Below, piece after piece: positions 18,467 to 27,125 of a DNA stretch of 64,000 nucleotides (the first letter of the stretch is position 1; every line of letters starts with the position of its first letter). The notes beneath the pieces are model-generated. The model had not been told where the DNA came from, searched no databases, and saw only the letters and a program-made list of their open reading frames with translations. The position numbers and the translations under genes were made by a program. This DNA comes from Planctomycetota bacterium (lineage in GTDB: Bacteria; Planctomycetota; GCA-002687715; CAIWVZ01), in the NCBI GenBank assembly GCA_044222185.1, contig JBGANV010000001.1, positions 704,001-768,000 of the forward strand, given 5' to 3'.

Positions 18467-20741
18467 CCGCCAGAAGGTCACCGGCGAAGCGCTCTACACC
18501 GACGACCTCCGCATCCCCGGCACTCTGGTCGGGAAGATCCTCCGAAGCCCCCATGCCGCAGCCCGCATCGTGCGTCTCGACACGCGCGAGGCGGAGGCCA
18601 TGCCGGGCGTTCATGCGGTGGTGACGGGACGGGACGCTCCACGCCCATTCGGCGTGCTTCCGATCTCGAAGGACGAGCCCTCCATGGGCATCGACCGCGT
18701 TCGCTACGTGGGCGAGCCCGTCGCCGCCGTCGCCGCGGACGACGAATGGGTCGCCGTGGAAGCGCTGAAGCGCATCCGCGTCGAGTACCTGCCCACGACG
18801 CCGGTCGAGAACGCCCGCGAGGCGCTCGCCGACGTGCCGAACCCGGGAGACAAGGTCCACCCGGAGACGAAGTTCACGAACAACCTGCACAAGGAAGTGA
18901 ACCAGCACTTCGGCGATCTGCCCGGAGCGTTCGCGAACTCCGCGCACGTGGCGCGTGGTCAGTTCAAGTACGCGGGCGTGACGCACTCGTTCACCGAGCC
19001 CATGGCGGTGATCTCGCACTACGATCGCGAGGGACGGCTCCACTGCTGGTCGGCGACGCAGGTGCCGCACTACCTGCATCGCGCGCTGTCCGAGGTCATG
19101 GACATCCCCATGAGCCGCATCCGCGTGATCCGCCCCAACGTGGGCGGCGGCTTCGGTGGCAAGTCCGATCCGTTCCCGCACGAGATGATCGCGTCGCTCT
19201 TGTCGCGCAAGTGCCGGCGGCCCGTGAAGATCATCTTCGATCGCGAAGAGGTGTTCCTCTCGCATCATGGCCGTCATCCCAGCGAGATCGAAGTGGCCGT
19301 CGGCGTGAATGCGGACGGGAAGCTCTCGGGCATCGAGATCGACGCGCTGATCGACGGCGGCGCCTACGGGTCGTTCGGCGTCGTGACGTCGTACTACAAC
19401 GGCGTGCTCGCCCAGGGGCCGTACCGCATCCCGAACTTCAAGTATCGGGGTCGCCGCGCCTACACGAACAAGCCCATGTCCGGCGCCATGCGCGGACACG
19501 GCGCCGTCAACACGCGCTACGCGTTCGAGATCCTGCTGGACGAGTGCGCCGAGAAGCTCGGCCTCGATTCGCTCCAGTTCCGCATCGACAACGCGCTGCC
19601 GTCGTACACGACGACCATCAACGACTTCCGCATCACGAGCAACGGCGTCGTCGAGTGCCTGGAGAAGGTCCGCGACGCGTCGGGGTGGAAGGACAAGCGG
19701 GGCAAGCTGCCTTACGGTCACGGCATCGGCGTGGCGTGCTCGTTCTACATCTCGGGGTCGGCACTGCCGATCCACCGCACGCGTGCGCCGCAGACGACCG
19801 TCATCGTGAAGATCGACATGGACGGCGGCGTCAGCGTCTACAACCTGGCGGCGGAGATCGGACAGGGGAGCGACACGGTCCTCGCGCAGTGCGTTGCCGA
19901 GGTCCTCGGCCTCGACATGTCGATGATCCGCGTGAAGTCGGGGGACACGGACGACTCGCCCGTCGACCTCGGCGCCTACTCGTCCCGCCAGACGTTCATG
20001 TGCGGCAACGCGGCGATCAAGGCGGCGGAGCAGGTGCGGGATCAACTCCTGCGGGCCGTGTGCCGCATCGGCGGCGGCGAGCCGTCGGACTGGGTGCTGC
20101 GGGGCGGCGTCGTCGAGAATCGCCACGACTCCACGAAGTCGCTGCCCTACATGGAAGTCCTCGACGAGGCCCTCGCCGACAACGGCGCGCTCGTCGGCAA
20201 GGGCTGGTACCAGTCACCGAAGCTCGGTGGCGCGTACAAGGGAGCGGGCGCCGGCCTCTCGCCCACGTACTCGTTCGGAGCGTACGTCACCGAACTCCAC
20301 GTGGACGAGGAGACGGGGTTCATCAAGGTCGACAAGGTCTGGGCGGCGCACGACTGCGGACGCGCGTTGAACCCGCTCGCCGTGAAGAGCCAGATCATCG
20401 GCTGCGTGCACATGGGACTGGGCCAGGTGTTGATGGAGGACTGGGGCTTCAACCCGCGCGCGAAGGGCAACCTCAAGAACCCGTCGCTCCTCGACTACCC
20501 CATGCTGACGGCGAAGGAGATGCCGCCCGTCGACGTGTTCATCGTCGAATCCATCGACAAGGAAGGGCCGTTCGGCGCCAAGGAAGCGGGCGAGGGTCCG
20601 CTGCTGCCGATCCTGCCGTCCGTCGGCAACGCGATCCACGACGCCATCGGCGTGCGCATCAAGGAACTGCCGATCACTCCGCTCCGCATCCTGCGCGCGT
20701 TGGACGAGAAGGCCGCCAAGGAAGGGAAGAAGGCGCGATGA
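18411..20741 (+). CDS. hcrA: Molybdopterin-binding large subunit (4-hydroxybenzoyl-CoA reductase alpha-like)
   Basis: KVTGEALYTDD, ATQVPHY, GGGFGGK, GAMRGHG (HcrA-type rather than AFRGFG), EIGQGS, YSSR, GPFGAKEAGEG. Confidence 0.8.
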   Translation: MTTTHEWNIIGKPVPQVGSRQKVTGEALYTDDLRIPGTLVGKILRSPHAAARIVRLDTREAEAMPGVHAVVTGRDAPRPFGVLPISKDEPSMGIDRVRYVGEPVAAVAADDEWVAVEALKRIRVEYLPTTPVENAREALADVPNPGDKVHPETKFTNNLHKEVNQHFGDLPGAFANSAHVARGQFKYAGVTHSFTEPMAVISHYDREGRLHCWSATQVPHYLHRALSEVMDIPMSRIRVIRPNVGGGFGGKSDPFPHEMIASLLSRKCRRPVKIIFDREEVFLSHHGRHPSEIEVAVGVNADGKLSGIEIDALIDGGAYGSFGVVTSYYNGVLAQGPYRIPNFKYRGRRAYTNKPMSGAMRGHGAVNTRYAFEILLDECAEKLGLDSLQFRIDNALPSYTTTINDFRITSNGVVECLEKVRDASGWKDKRGKLPYGHGIGVACSFYISGSALPIHRTRAPQTTVIVKIDMDGGVSVYNLAAEIGQGSDTVLAQCVAEVLGLDMSMIRVKSGDTDDSPVDLGAYSSRQTFMCGNAAIKAAEQVRDQLLRAVCRIGGGEPSDWVLRGGVVENRHDSTKSLPYMEVLDEALADNGALVGKGWYQSPKLGGAYKGAGAGLSPTYSFGAYVTELHVDEETGFIKVDKVWAAHDCGRALNPLAVKSQIIGCVHMGLGQVLMEDWGFNPRAKGNLKNPSLLDYPMLTAKEMPPVDVFIVESIDKEGPFGAKEAGEGPLLPILPSVGNAIHDAIGVRIKELPITPLRILRALDEKAAKEGKKAR

Positions 20742-21718
20742 TCCTGCCCCCGTTCGAGCTCCATCAACCCAAGACGACCTCGGAAGTCCTGGCGCTCAAG
20801 GCGAAGTTCGGCCGCGACGCGGACGTGGTCGCCGGTGGCACGGATCTCCTCTGCAACTACAAGTACGAGCTGAACCCCAAGCCCCACGTCATCTCGCTGC
20901 GCGAGGTGAAGGAGCTTTGCGGGTTCGACACGACCCGCATCGGCGCGCTCGCCATCCTCGACGACGTGATGAACGACGAGCGGATGAAGGCCGAGCTGCC
21001 GGTGATTCCTCAGGCGATCCGCGTGATCTCCTCGCACCTGCTCCGGCAGTCGAGCACGGTCGGCGGCAACCTGCTCGTCGACACGCGCTGCTTCTGGTTC
21101 AACCAGTCGCGGTTCTGGCGCGACTCCATCGGCAGTTGCCTGAAGGCCGAGGGTGACGTCTGTCGCGTGGTGTGGGGCGCGAAGGAATGCGTGGCGGTGT
21201 ACAGCGGCGATCTGGCCCCCGTGCTCATCACGCTGGGCTGCACGGTGGTCGTCGCCGGGCCGAGCGGACGCCGCGAAGTCCCGCTGGCCGACTTCTACAA
21301 GCACGACGGAATCCAGCGTCACGTCCTTGGGTCAGACGAGATCCTCGTCGAGGTGAAGATCCCCTCGACGGCGCGCGACTGGAAGGCGGGCTACAAGAAG
21401 CTCCGCGTGCGCGACTCGTTCGACTTCCCGGTCCTCGGCGTCGCCATGGCCGTGAAGGTCCGGGACGGGAAGCTTGACGCGGCACGGATCTGCCTCGGTG
21501 CCGTCCACACGACGCCGCTCGTCTGTGACGCCAAGCTCGCGCCGTTCATCGGCCGGCGCATCGACGAGAGCGTCGCCGCCGAGATGGGCGAGGCCGTCGC
21601 CGACGGGCTCGTGATCCACAACAACACGGCCATGAACCCGACCTACCGGCGTCGCATGGTGACCGTGTTCACCAAGCGGCTCGTGCACGCGCTCGCAAAC
21701 GGCCTCGCGATACGCTGA
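20738..21718 (+). CDS. hcrB: FAD-binding medium subunit with [4Fe-4S] insertion (4-hydroxybenzoyl-CoA reductase beta-like)
   Basis: AGGTDL, TVGGNL, insertion DTRCFWFNQSRFWRDSIGSCLKAEGDVCRVVWGAKEC (C-x15-C-x7-C-x8-C), KLRVRDSFDFP. ATGA overlap with hcrA. Confidence 0.82.
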   Translation: MILPPFELHQPKTTSEVLALKAKFGRDADVVAGGTDLLCNYKYELNPKPHVISLREVKELCGFDTTRIGALAILDDVMNDERMKAELPVIPQAIRVISSHLLRQSSTVGGNLLVDTRCFWFNQSRFWRDSIGSCLKAEGDVCRVVWGAKECVAVYSGDLAPVLITLGCTVVVAGPSGRREVPLADFYKHDGIQRHVLGSDEILVEVKIPSTARDWKAGYKKLRVRDSFDFPVLGVAMAVKVRDGKLDAARICLGAVHTTPLVCDAKLAPFIGRRIDESVAAEMGEAVADGLVIHNNTAMNPTYRRRMVTVFTKRLVHALANGLAIR

Positions 21719-21784
21719 GCTTCGTTCGTATGGGGGGCGTCCCGCGCTCGCGAACGCCGAATCCGGGGTGTGGGGGAGCAACCG

Positions 21785-22741
21785 ATGGATCATGCGATCG
21801 AGACGCGCGAGCTGTGCAAGACGTTCCGAGGCGGGGTGCAGGCGCTCCGCTCGGTCGATCTGGTGGTGAAGCAGGGCTCCTGCTTCGGGCTGCTGGGACC
21901 GAATGGGGCCGGCAAGTCCACGCTGGTCAAATCCCTGCTTTCGATCGTCCGGCCGACGTCGGGATACGCGGCGATCCTCGGACGGGACATCCGCGACTCC
22001 GAAGCCCGACGGGGAGTGGGGTACCTGCCGGAGGGCCATCGGTTCCCCCGATACCTCACGGGCGCGGGCGTCTGCCGGTATTTCGGCAAGTTGTCGGGTC
22101 TCGATGCGACGACGCTCGCTCGGGAGATCCCCGAGAAGCTGGCGCTCGTGGGCATGACGGAGTGGGCGGACGTCTCCGTCACCAAGTACTCCAAGGGAAT
22201 GATGCAACGCGTCGGGCTCGCCCAGGCGATGCTCGGGAACCCGCGGGTGATCTTTCTCGATGAGCCGACGGACGGCGTCGACCCGGTCGGGCGACACGAA
22301 CTGCGAGCCGTCATCCGGGACGTGGCCTCGAAGGGCACGACGATCCTCATGAACTCGCACCTGCTCTCCGAGGTGGAGCTCGTGTGCGATGAGATCGCGA
22401 TCCTCCACAAAGGGCAGATCATCGAGCGGGGAAGCGTCTCCGAGATCAAGCAGCGGTTCGAGGCGGGACGCAGCTCGACCGTCTACGTCACGTTCAAGAC
22501 GGGGACGATCCCTGACGCGCTTTGGACGCGCATCGCTGGCTGGGGCGCCGTCCGCGTGGACGACGAGACCTTCACGCTGCGCGTCCCGACGAGAGACGAC
22601 ATCAGTCCGGTGATCGACGAGCTGCGGAGGTCATCCGTCTCGATCTACGCGATCGAGCGTGTCGCCGTGAACCTGGAGGATGCGTTCATCAAGCTCATCC
22701 AGGATCAGGCGGAGCAGGGCGTGGGAGGTACGCAAGCATGA
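21785..22741 (+). CDS. ABC exporter ATP-binding subunit
   Basis: GPNGAGKST, YSKGMMQR, FLDEPT, NSHLL. Confidence 0.92.
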   Translation: MDHAIETRELCKTFRGGVQALRSVDLVVKQGSCFGLLGPNGAGKSTLVKSLLSIVRPTSGYAAILGRDIRDSEARRGVGYLPEGHRFPRYLTGAGVCRYFGKLSGLDATTLAREIPEKLALVGMTEWADVSVTKYSKGMMQRVGLAQAMLGNPRVIFLDEPTDGVDPVGRHELRAVIRDVASKGTTILMNSHLLSEVELVCDEIAILHKGQIIERGSVSEIKQRFEAGRSSTVYVTFKTGTIPDALWTRIAGWGAVRVDDETFTLRVPTRDDISPVIDELRRSSVSIYAIERVAVNLEDAFIKLIQDQAEQGVGGTQA

Positions 22742-23727
22742 GCGCGTTCTGGGCCCTGGTCGTCGACACGTGGCGGCAATCGAAGCAGCAATCGGTGTTC
22801 ATCCTCTTGCTGATCCTCTTCGCGCTGGTCGTCGGCGTATTCGTCGTGCTTCCGAAGCCGATGACCGCCGACGACGGCACGCCGGCATTCGGGTTCCTCT
22901 GGAGCGAGAAACCCACCAAGGTGCTCGCCAACAGTTGGGCCGATCAGTACGAGATGACGCTGCAACTGCGCGACGGCACCATGCCCAACCCGTTCAATCA
23001 CGAGGAACGGAAGGAGCGGGCGGAGCGGCGCAAGGAGGCCGAGGCCAGGGTCGACGAGCTTGCGCGCGAGGTGCCCGTCCTCCAGCGCTCACTCGAGTAC
23101 TGGGCATTCATCGCGGCGAGCACGCTGTTCTCGATCGGGATGATGTTGTTCATTGCGGCCTGTTCCGGATACTTCCCCGACATGCTGGCCGCCGGTGCCG
23201 TCGACATGGTCGTCTCGAAGCCGATCGATCGACTGCGGATCTTCCTCGGGAAGTACATCGGCGGACTGGCGTTGTTCGGGATCGCGGTTCTCGTGGCCGA
23301 GGGGCTGATCATCCTCGGGATCGGAATCCGGTTCGGGTTCTGGCCGGTGCGATTGCTGCTGGCGGCCCCGCTGACGCTCTTTTCCGCGGCGGTGATGTAC
23401 GCGATCCTCGCTTGCATCGGCATCATGCGCCGCAGCTCCACGCTCGCCATCGTGCTGGGATACGTCTTCTACGTCGTCGTCGACACGGGCGTCAGCGTGC
23501 TGATCGTGATCGGTCGGACGGAGGTCGGGAAGGAGGTGCCGTGGCTCGGCACCACAGCGAGGATTATGCACGCCACGTTCCCGAACTTCGCACTCCTGAA
23601 GTCCGCCGCGGAAGGTTGCGTCCTGACGATCCCGAACCTCGATTGGGAGCCGCTCCTCGCCGCTGCGGCCTGGCTCGTGGGAGCGTTGTCGCTCGGGTAT
23701 TGGCGGTTCAGGCGAGCGGACTTCTGA
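22738..23727 (+). CDS. ABC-2 type permease
   Basis: About 6 hydrophobic helices, GAVDMVVSKPIDRLRIFLGKYIG, C-terminal FRRADF. ATGA overlap with the ATPase. Confidence 0.88.
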   Translation: MSAFWALVVDTWRQSKQQSVFILLLILFALVVGVFVVLPKPMTADDGTPAFGFLWSEKPTKVLANSWADQYEMTLQLRDGTMPNPFNHEERKERAERRKEAEARVDELAREVPVLQRSLEYWAFIAASTLFSIGMMLFIAACSGYFPDMLAAGAVDMVVSKPIDRLRIFLGKYIGGLALFGIAVLVAEGLIILGIGIRFGFWPVRLLLAAPLTLFSAAVMYAILACIGIMRRSSTLAIVLGYVFYVVVDTGVSVLIVIGRTEVGKEVPWLGTTARIMHATFPNFALLKSAAEGCVLTIPNLDWEPLLAAAAWLVGALSLGYWRFRRADF

Positions 23728-24020
23728 CGCCCGGCGCGGGCGGCGCGCGCGGTCCCATGGGCTGTCGCAGCGAATGCCGTCACCCCGAACCCACATCGAG
23801 CTTGGAGTTCTGGAGCGCGGGTCGGCGTACGCTTCGGTCAAGGCGTTACCTCCCGCTCCCCGGAACATTGAGGGGCGGTCGGGCGTTCGGGTAGCCGGGA
23901 GTGATGCCCCTGCCGGCATCGGCCTGGGATTCGTGGTTTTTCACGGCCCATTCACGCAGTGATCGGCGTGGGACCCGAGCGGCACGGCGGTTGCGAAGCC
24001 GGTCGGCCCGGAGCTGAATC

Positions 24021-26513
24021 ATGACTCGACGACCCGTTGCCGCATCGCGGCTGTTCACCCTCATCGTTGCAATCGCCGCGGGCACGTTCGGCCAGGCACC
24101 ACGAGTGCGCTTCGCGTCCGAGCAGATCCCGTCCGAGGCCGGGCCCGTCCTGGCCGTGGCGGACGTGGATTCGGATGGCGACGTCGACCTCGTGACGAGC
24201 GGCGCGAACAGCGTTTACCTGAACGACGGGGCCGGCCGGTACTCGCCGCACCCGACGCCATCTTCGATCATCCTGCCCTATCAGGGCCCGACTCACCGTC
24301 GTCGCCTCGTCGCCGGCGACTTCACGGGCGACGGCCAGGTCGACCTGCTCGGCACGGGCCCGACGGGATTGTTGACGCTGTGGCAGAACGTCGGGGCAGG
24401 AGCGTTCTCGACGGTCGCCGCGCAGTTGCCGGCGCTCTTGGTCACCTCCCTGGCTGCGGGCGATCTCGATGGAGACGGCGACGTGGATGCCCTCTGCGCG
24501 ACGCCAGGGACCCTCGGTACCACGCCGAGCCCGGTCGTGGTGCTCGCCAACAACGGCACGGGTGGCTTCACGCTCGGCAGCGTGTTCCTCGTCGGGACGG
24601 GAGCGGGAATGGAGGTCCAGCTTTCCGACCTCGACCAGGATGGGGACCTGGATGCGTTCTGCGTCGGCGGCGGAGTGCGCTTCGTCGCGATCAACAACGG
24701 CGGGGCGAGTTTCAGCACTACGGCCTTGGGCGGTGCGCCCAGCCCCGGAGAGTCGTTCTCGGTTGGAGACATCGACGCGGATGGCCTTCCGGACGTCGTC
24801 TTCGACTCGATGAGCGTGTCGCAGCAGACCAACGCCGTGCAAGTGCTCCGTAACGCGGGTGGCGGGACGTTCACGGCGGTCGTCGTGTTCAGCTTCCTCA
24901 CCGGGCCCTGCCGTTCGATTCTTGCTGACGTGAACAACGATGGACGCGCCGAACTGCTCCGGTTCCACCTCGATGGCTGCGACGTGCACGTCCTGGTCGG
25001 GGGTGCGTTCCCGACACCGCTGCAGCGCCTGCCCGTTTTCGGGATCACCCAACCCGGTCCATTCTTCCCGACGCTGGACCTTCCGCCCATCTCCGTCGTC
25101 GACGTCGACGGTGATCAGGATCGGGACCTGATCGTGCAGACACAACAGGGCAACGTGATTCTCGCCGTCGACCCGGCACTGGGACTCCGACCGCTCCTCA
25201 ATCCGATCAGTGCGCCGGCTTCGCTCGGCCCGTTCGAGACGCTCGATTTCGACCTCGATGGCGACCTGGACCTGGTCGCGTCGGACTCGTCTGGGGTTCA
25301 ACGGCTGGCCCCGCCGCCGATCATGATCAACGACGGCACGGGCAGGTTCGCGCCGCCACTCACGGTGGTCTGTCCGCAGTGCATGCTTCCGGGTGTTGCG
25401 TGGCAGTTCTTCGACGCCGACGGGGACGGCGACAACGACCTCTACTGGGTCAACAATCTCGGTACCTACCAGGTCGCGATCAACACTGGTGGAGTCTTCG
25501 TGGCGAGCCCGACTCCGGCGGGAGTCGCACCTGCGGGGACGAAGATCCTGCCGCTCGACGTCGATGCGGACGGCGACCTGGACCTGATCGTCGGCGTCGA
25601 CTTTGCGTTGGGCGTCGCGGGAAACGCGTCGCTCCTGGTGAACCTGGGTGGCGGGACGTTCGCTCTGCCTCAGACGCTGCCAGCGTTCGTCTCGGCCCCC
25701 GTTCTCGGCGACTTCGATGGCAATGGCACCGTGGACATCCTGTCGTCGAGCGGCGGCGCGACGGCCGCGCTCTACAACACCGGTGTCGGACTGTTCGTCG
25801 CCGGCACACCGCCTCCGGCAGCGCCGCAGGCCGCCATCGATGCGGATGACGACGGCGACCTCGACCTGGTGGCCGGTCAGCAGCTGTACCTGAACGTTCC
25901 CGGCACCGGCTTCGTGCTGGCGCCGGCCGGGGCGCTTCCATTGTCGGGACCCGCGCCGTGCTTCTCTCCAGGTGCGACGGTCGTCGCCGACATGGATGGC
26001 GATGGCCGGATCGACCTCCTCGACACCTGTGGGCTCTTTCACCGCAACGTCGGGCCGGCGAGCTTCGCCGCACCGGTGGCGATTCCCTATCCGCTCCAGC
26101 TACCGCTCGTGCATGGCGACTTCGATCGCGACGGCGACGTCGATCTGCTCGGCTCGGGCATGCGCGTCTTGTCGAACGCGACGCGCAATCTCGCGCCGGG
26201 GTCGATCGCGCGCCCAGGCCGCATGGCCAGTCTGGAACTGGATGGATATGCCACGCGCGGGTGGCAGCTGTATGCCTCGGCAGGGAGGTCGGCGCTGCCG
26301 CTCCCGCCCTATGGCCTCGTGCAGATCGATCTCGCCACCGCGCTGTTCGTGACCGCTGGGACGTTCGATCTGGACGGACGCGGGCAGATGGCGGTCCTCG
26401 TGCCGAACGTCCCCGCCCTCGTCGGGTTGACCGTCTGGTGGCAGGCCGTGGTCGATGAGCCGTCGATCCCGCGGTTGACCGGCCTGGGGGAGACGACGGT
26501 CCGGTCCTACTGA
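24021..26513 (+). CDS. Secreted FG-GAP/VCBS repeat (Ca-binding beta-propeller) protein, paralog F1
   Basis: Signal peptide, more than ten D[FLV]D.DGD.D[LI] repeats, CPQC motif, C-terminal VPNVPALVGLTVWWQA domain. Confidence 0.9.
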   Translation: MTRRPVAASRLFTLIVAIAAGTFGQAPRVRFASEQIPSEAGPVLAVADVDSDGDVDLVTSGANSVYLNDGAGRYSPHPTPSSIILPYQGPTHRRRLVAGDFTGDGQVDLLGTGPTGLLTLWQNVGAGAFSTVAAQLPALLVTSLAAGDLDGDGDVDALCATPGTLGTTPSPVVVLANNGTGGFTLGSVFLVGTGAGMEVQLSDLDQDGDLDAFCVGGGVRFVAINNGGASFSTTALGGAPSPGESFSVGDIDADGLPDVVFDSMSVSQQTNAVQVLRNAGGGTFTAVVVFSFLTGPCRSILADVNNDGRAELLRFHLDGCDVHVLVGGAFPTPLQRLPVFGITQPGPFFPTLDLPPISVVDVDGDQDRDLIVQTQQGNVILAVDPALGLRPLLNPISAPASLGPFETLDFDLDGDLDLVASDSSGVQRLAPPPIMINDGTGRFAPPLTVVCPQCMLPGVAWQFFDADGDGDNDLYWVNNLGTYQVAINTGGVFVASPTPAGVAPAGTKILPLDVDADGDLDLIVGVDFALGVAGNASLLVNLGGGTFALPQTLPAFVSAPVLGDFDGNGTVDILSSSGGATAALYNTGVGLFVAGTPPPAAPQAAIDADDDGDLDLVAGQQLYLNVPGTGFVLAPAGALPLSGPAPCFSPGATVVADMDGDGRIDLLDTCGLFHRNVGPASFAAPVAIPYPLQLPLVHGDFDRDGDVDLLGSGMRVLSNATRNLAPGSIARPGRMASLELDGYATRGWQLYASAGRSALPLPPYGLVQIDLATALFVTAGTFDLDGRGQMAVLVPNVPALVGLTVWWQAVVDEPSIPRLTGLGETTVRSY

Positions 26514-26564
26514 CTTCCGCGAGCTGCAGCCGAGGTCGCTGGCCGTACCGGCGGTGCTTGGCTG

Positions 26565-27090
26565 CTGGGACTGATCATCCTGCATGAGCTCGGGTGATTC
26601 CCGGCGAGCAAGGCCGACGCCGAGCTCCTGTTCGACGTCATCAGCCAGGCTTCTGAACGTCCGAGCCTGCTCGTGACGACGAACTTGCCCTTCGCGAACT
26701 GGACCGAGGTCCTCGGCAGCGAGCGTCTCGCGGGCGCCACGAGGGATCGTTCGACGCACCGCGGCCACATCCTCGAGATGAAGGGCGCGAGCCACCGGCT
26801 GAACGACTCGAAACGCAAGCGAAGGCCTGCGACGCGATCAGCCGACGAGAAGCCGCCAGAGAACGATGCTGGCGTACATCCCCTCACGGGCAACGGAGCC
26901 AGGAGGGGGCACCCGCGAAACCAATCGAATCTCCGCGAGCTCGGGGCGACATCGCCTTCGTCGGGCGAGGCGATGCACAGACGACGGGCTGGCCCTCGTC
27001 CGGGGCCCGCGAACACGCTCACCCTCGCGCCCAGCTCGTTCATGCTGCCCCCACGGTGCCGCGCTTTTCGACCGGCGGATGCCGCGCGAT
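26565..27090 (+). mobile_element. istB: IS21-family remnant: degraded 3' half of istB plus subterminal repeats
   Basis: LIILHELG*FPASKADAELLFDVISQASERPSLLVTTNLPFANWTEVLGSERLAGATRDRSTHRGHILEMKGASHRL is an IstB C-terminus with damaged Walker B and a stop. TGCCGCGC recurs at 27057 and 27080 around TTTTCGACCGG. Confidence 0.8.
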
Positions 27091-27125
27091 CAGGGCGGCG
27101 ACCAGGAGAGGTCGGAGGATCAGAC

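Noticed and set aside
23728-24020. Intergenic regions (also 32216..32554 and 58976..59192) as riboswitch, tRNA or other ncRNA
   Set aside because: No recognisable conserved RNA motif by eye; an Rfam cmscan would be needed to exclude one.
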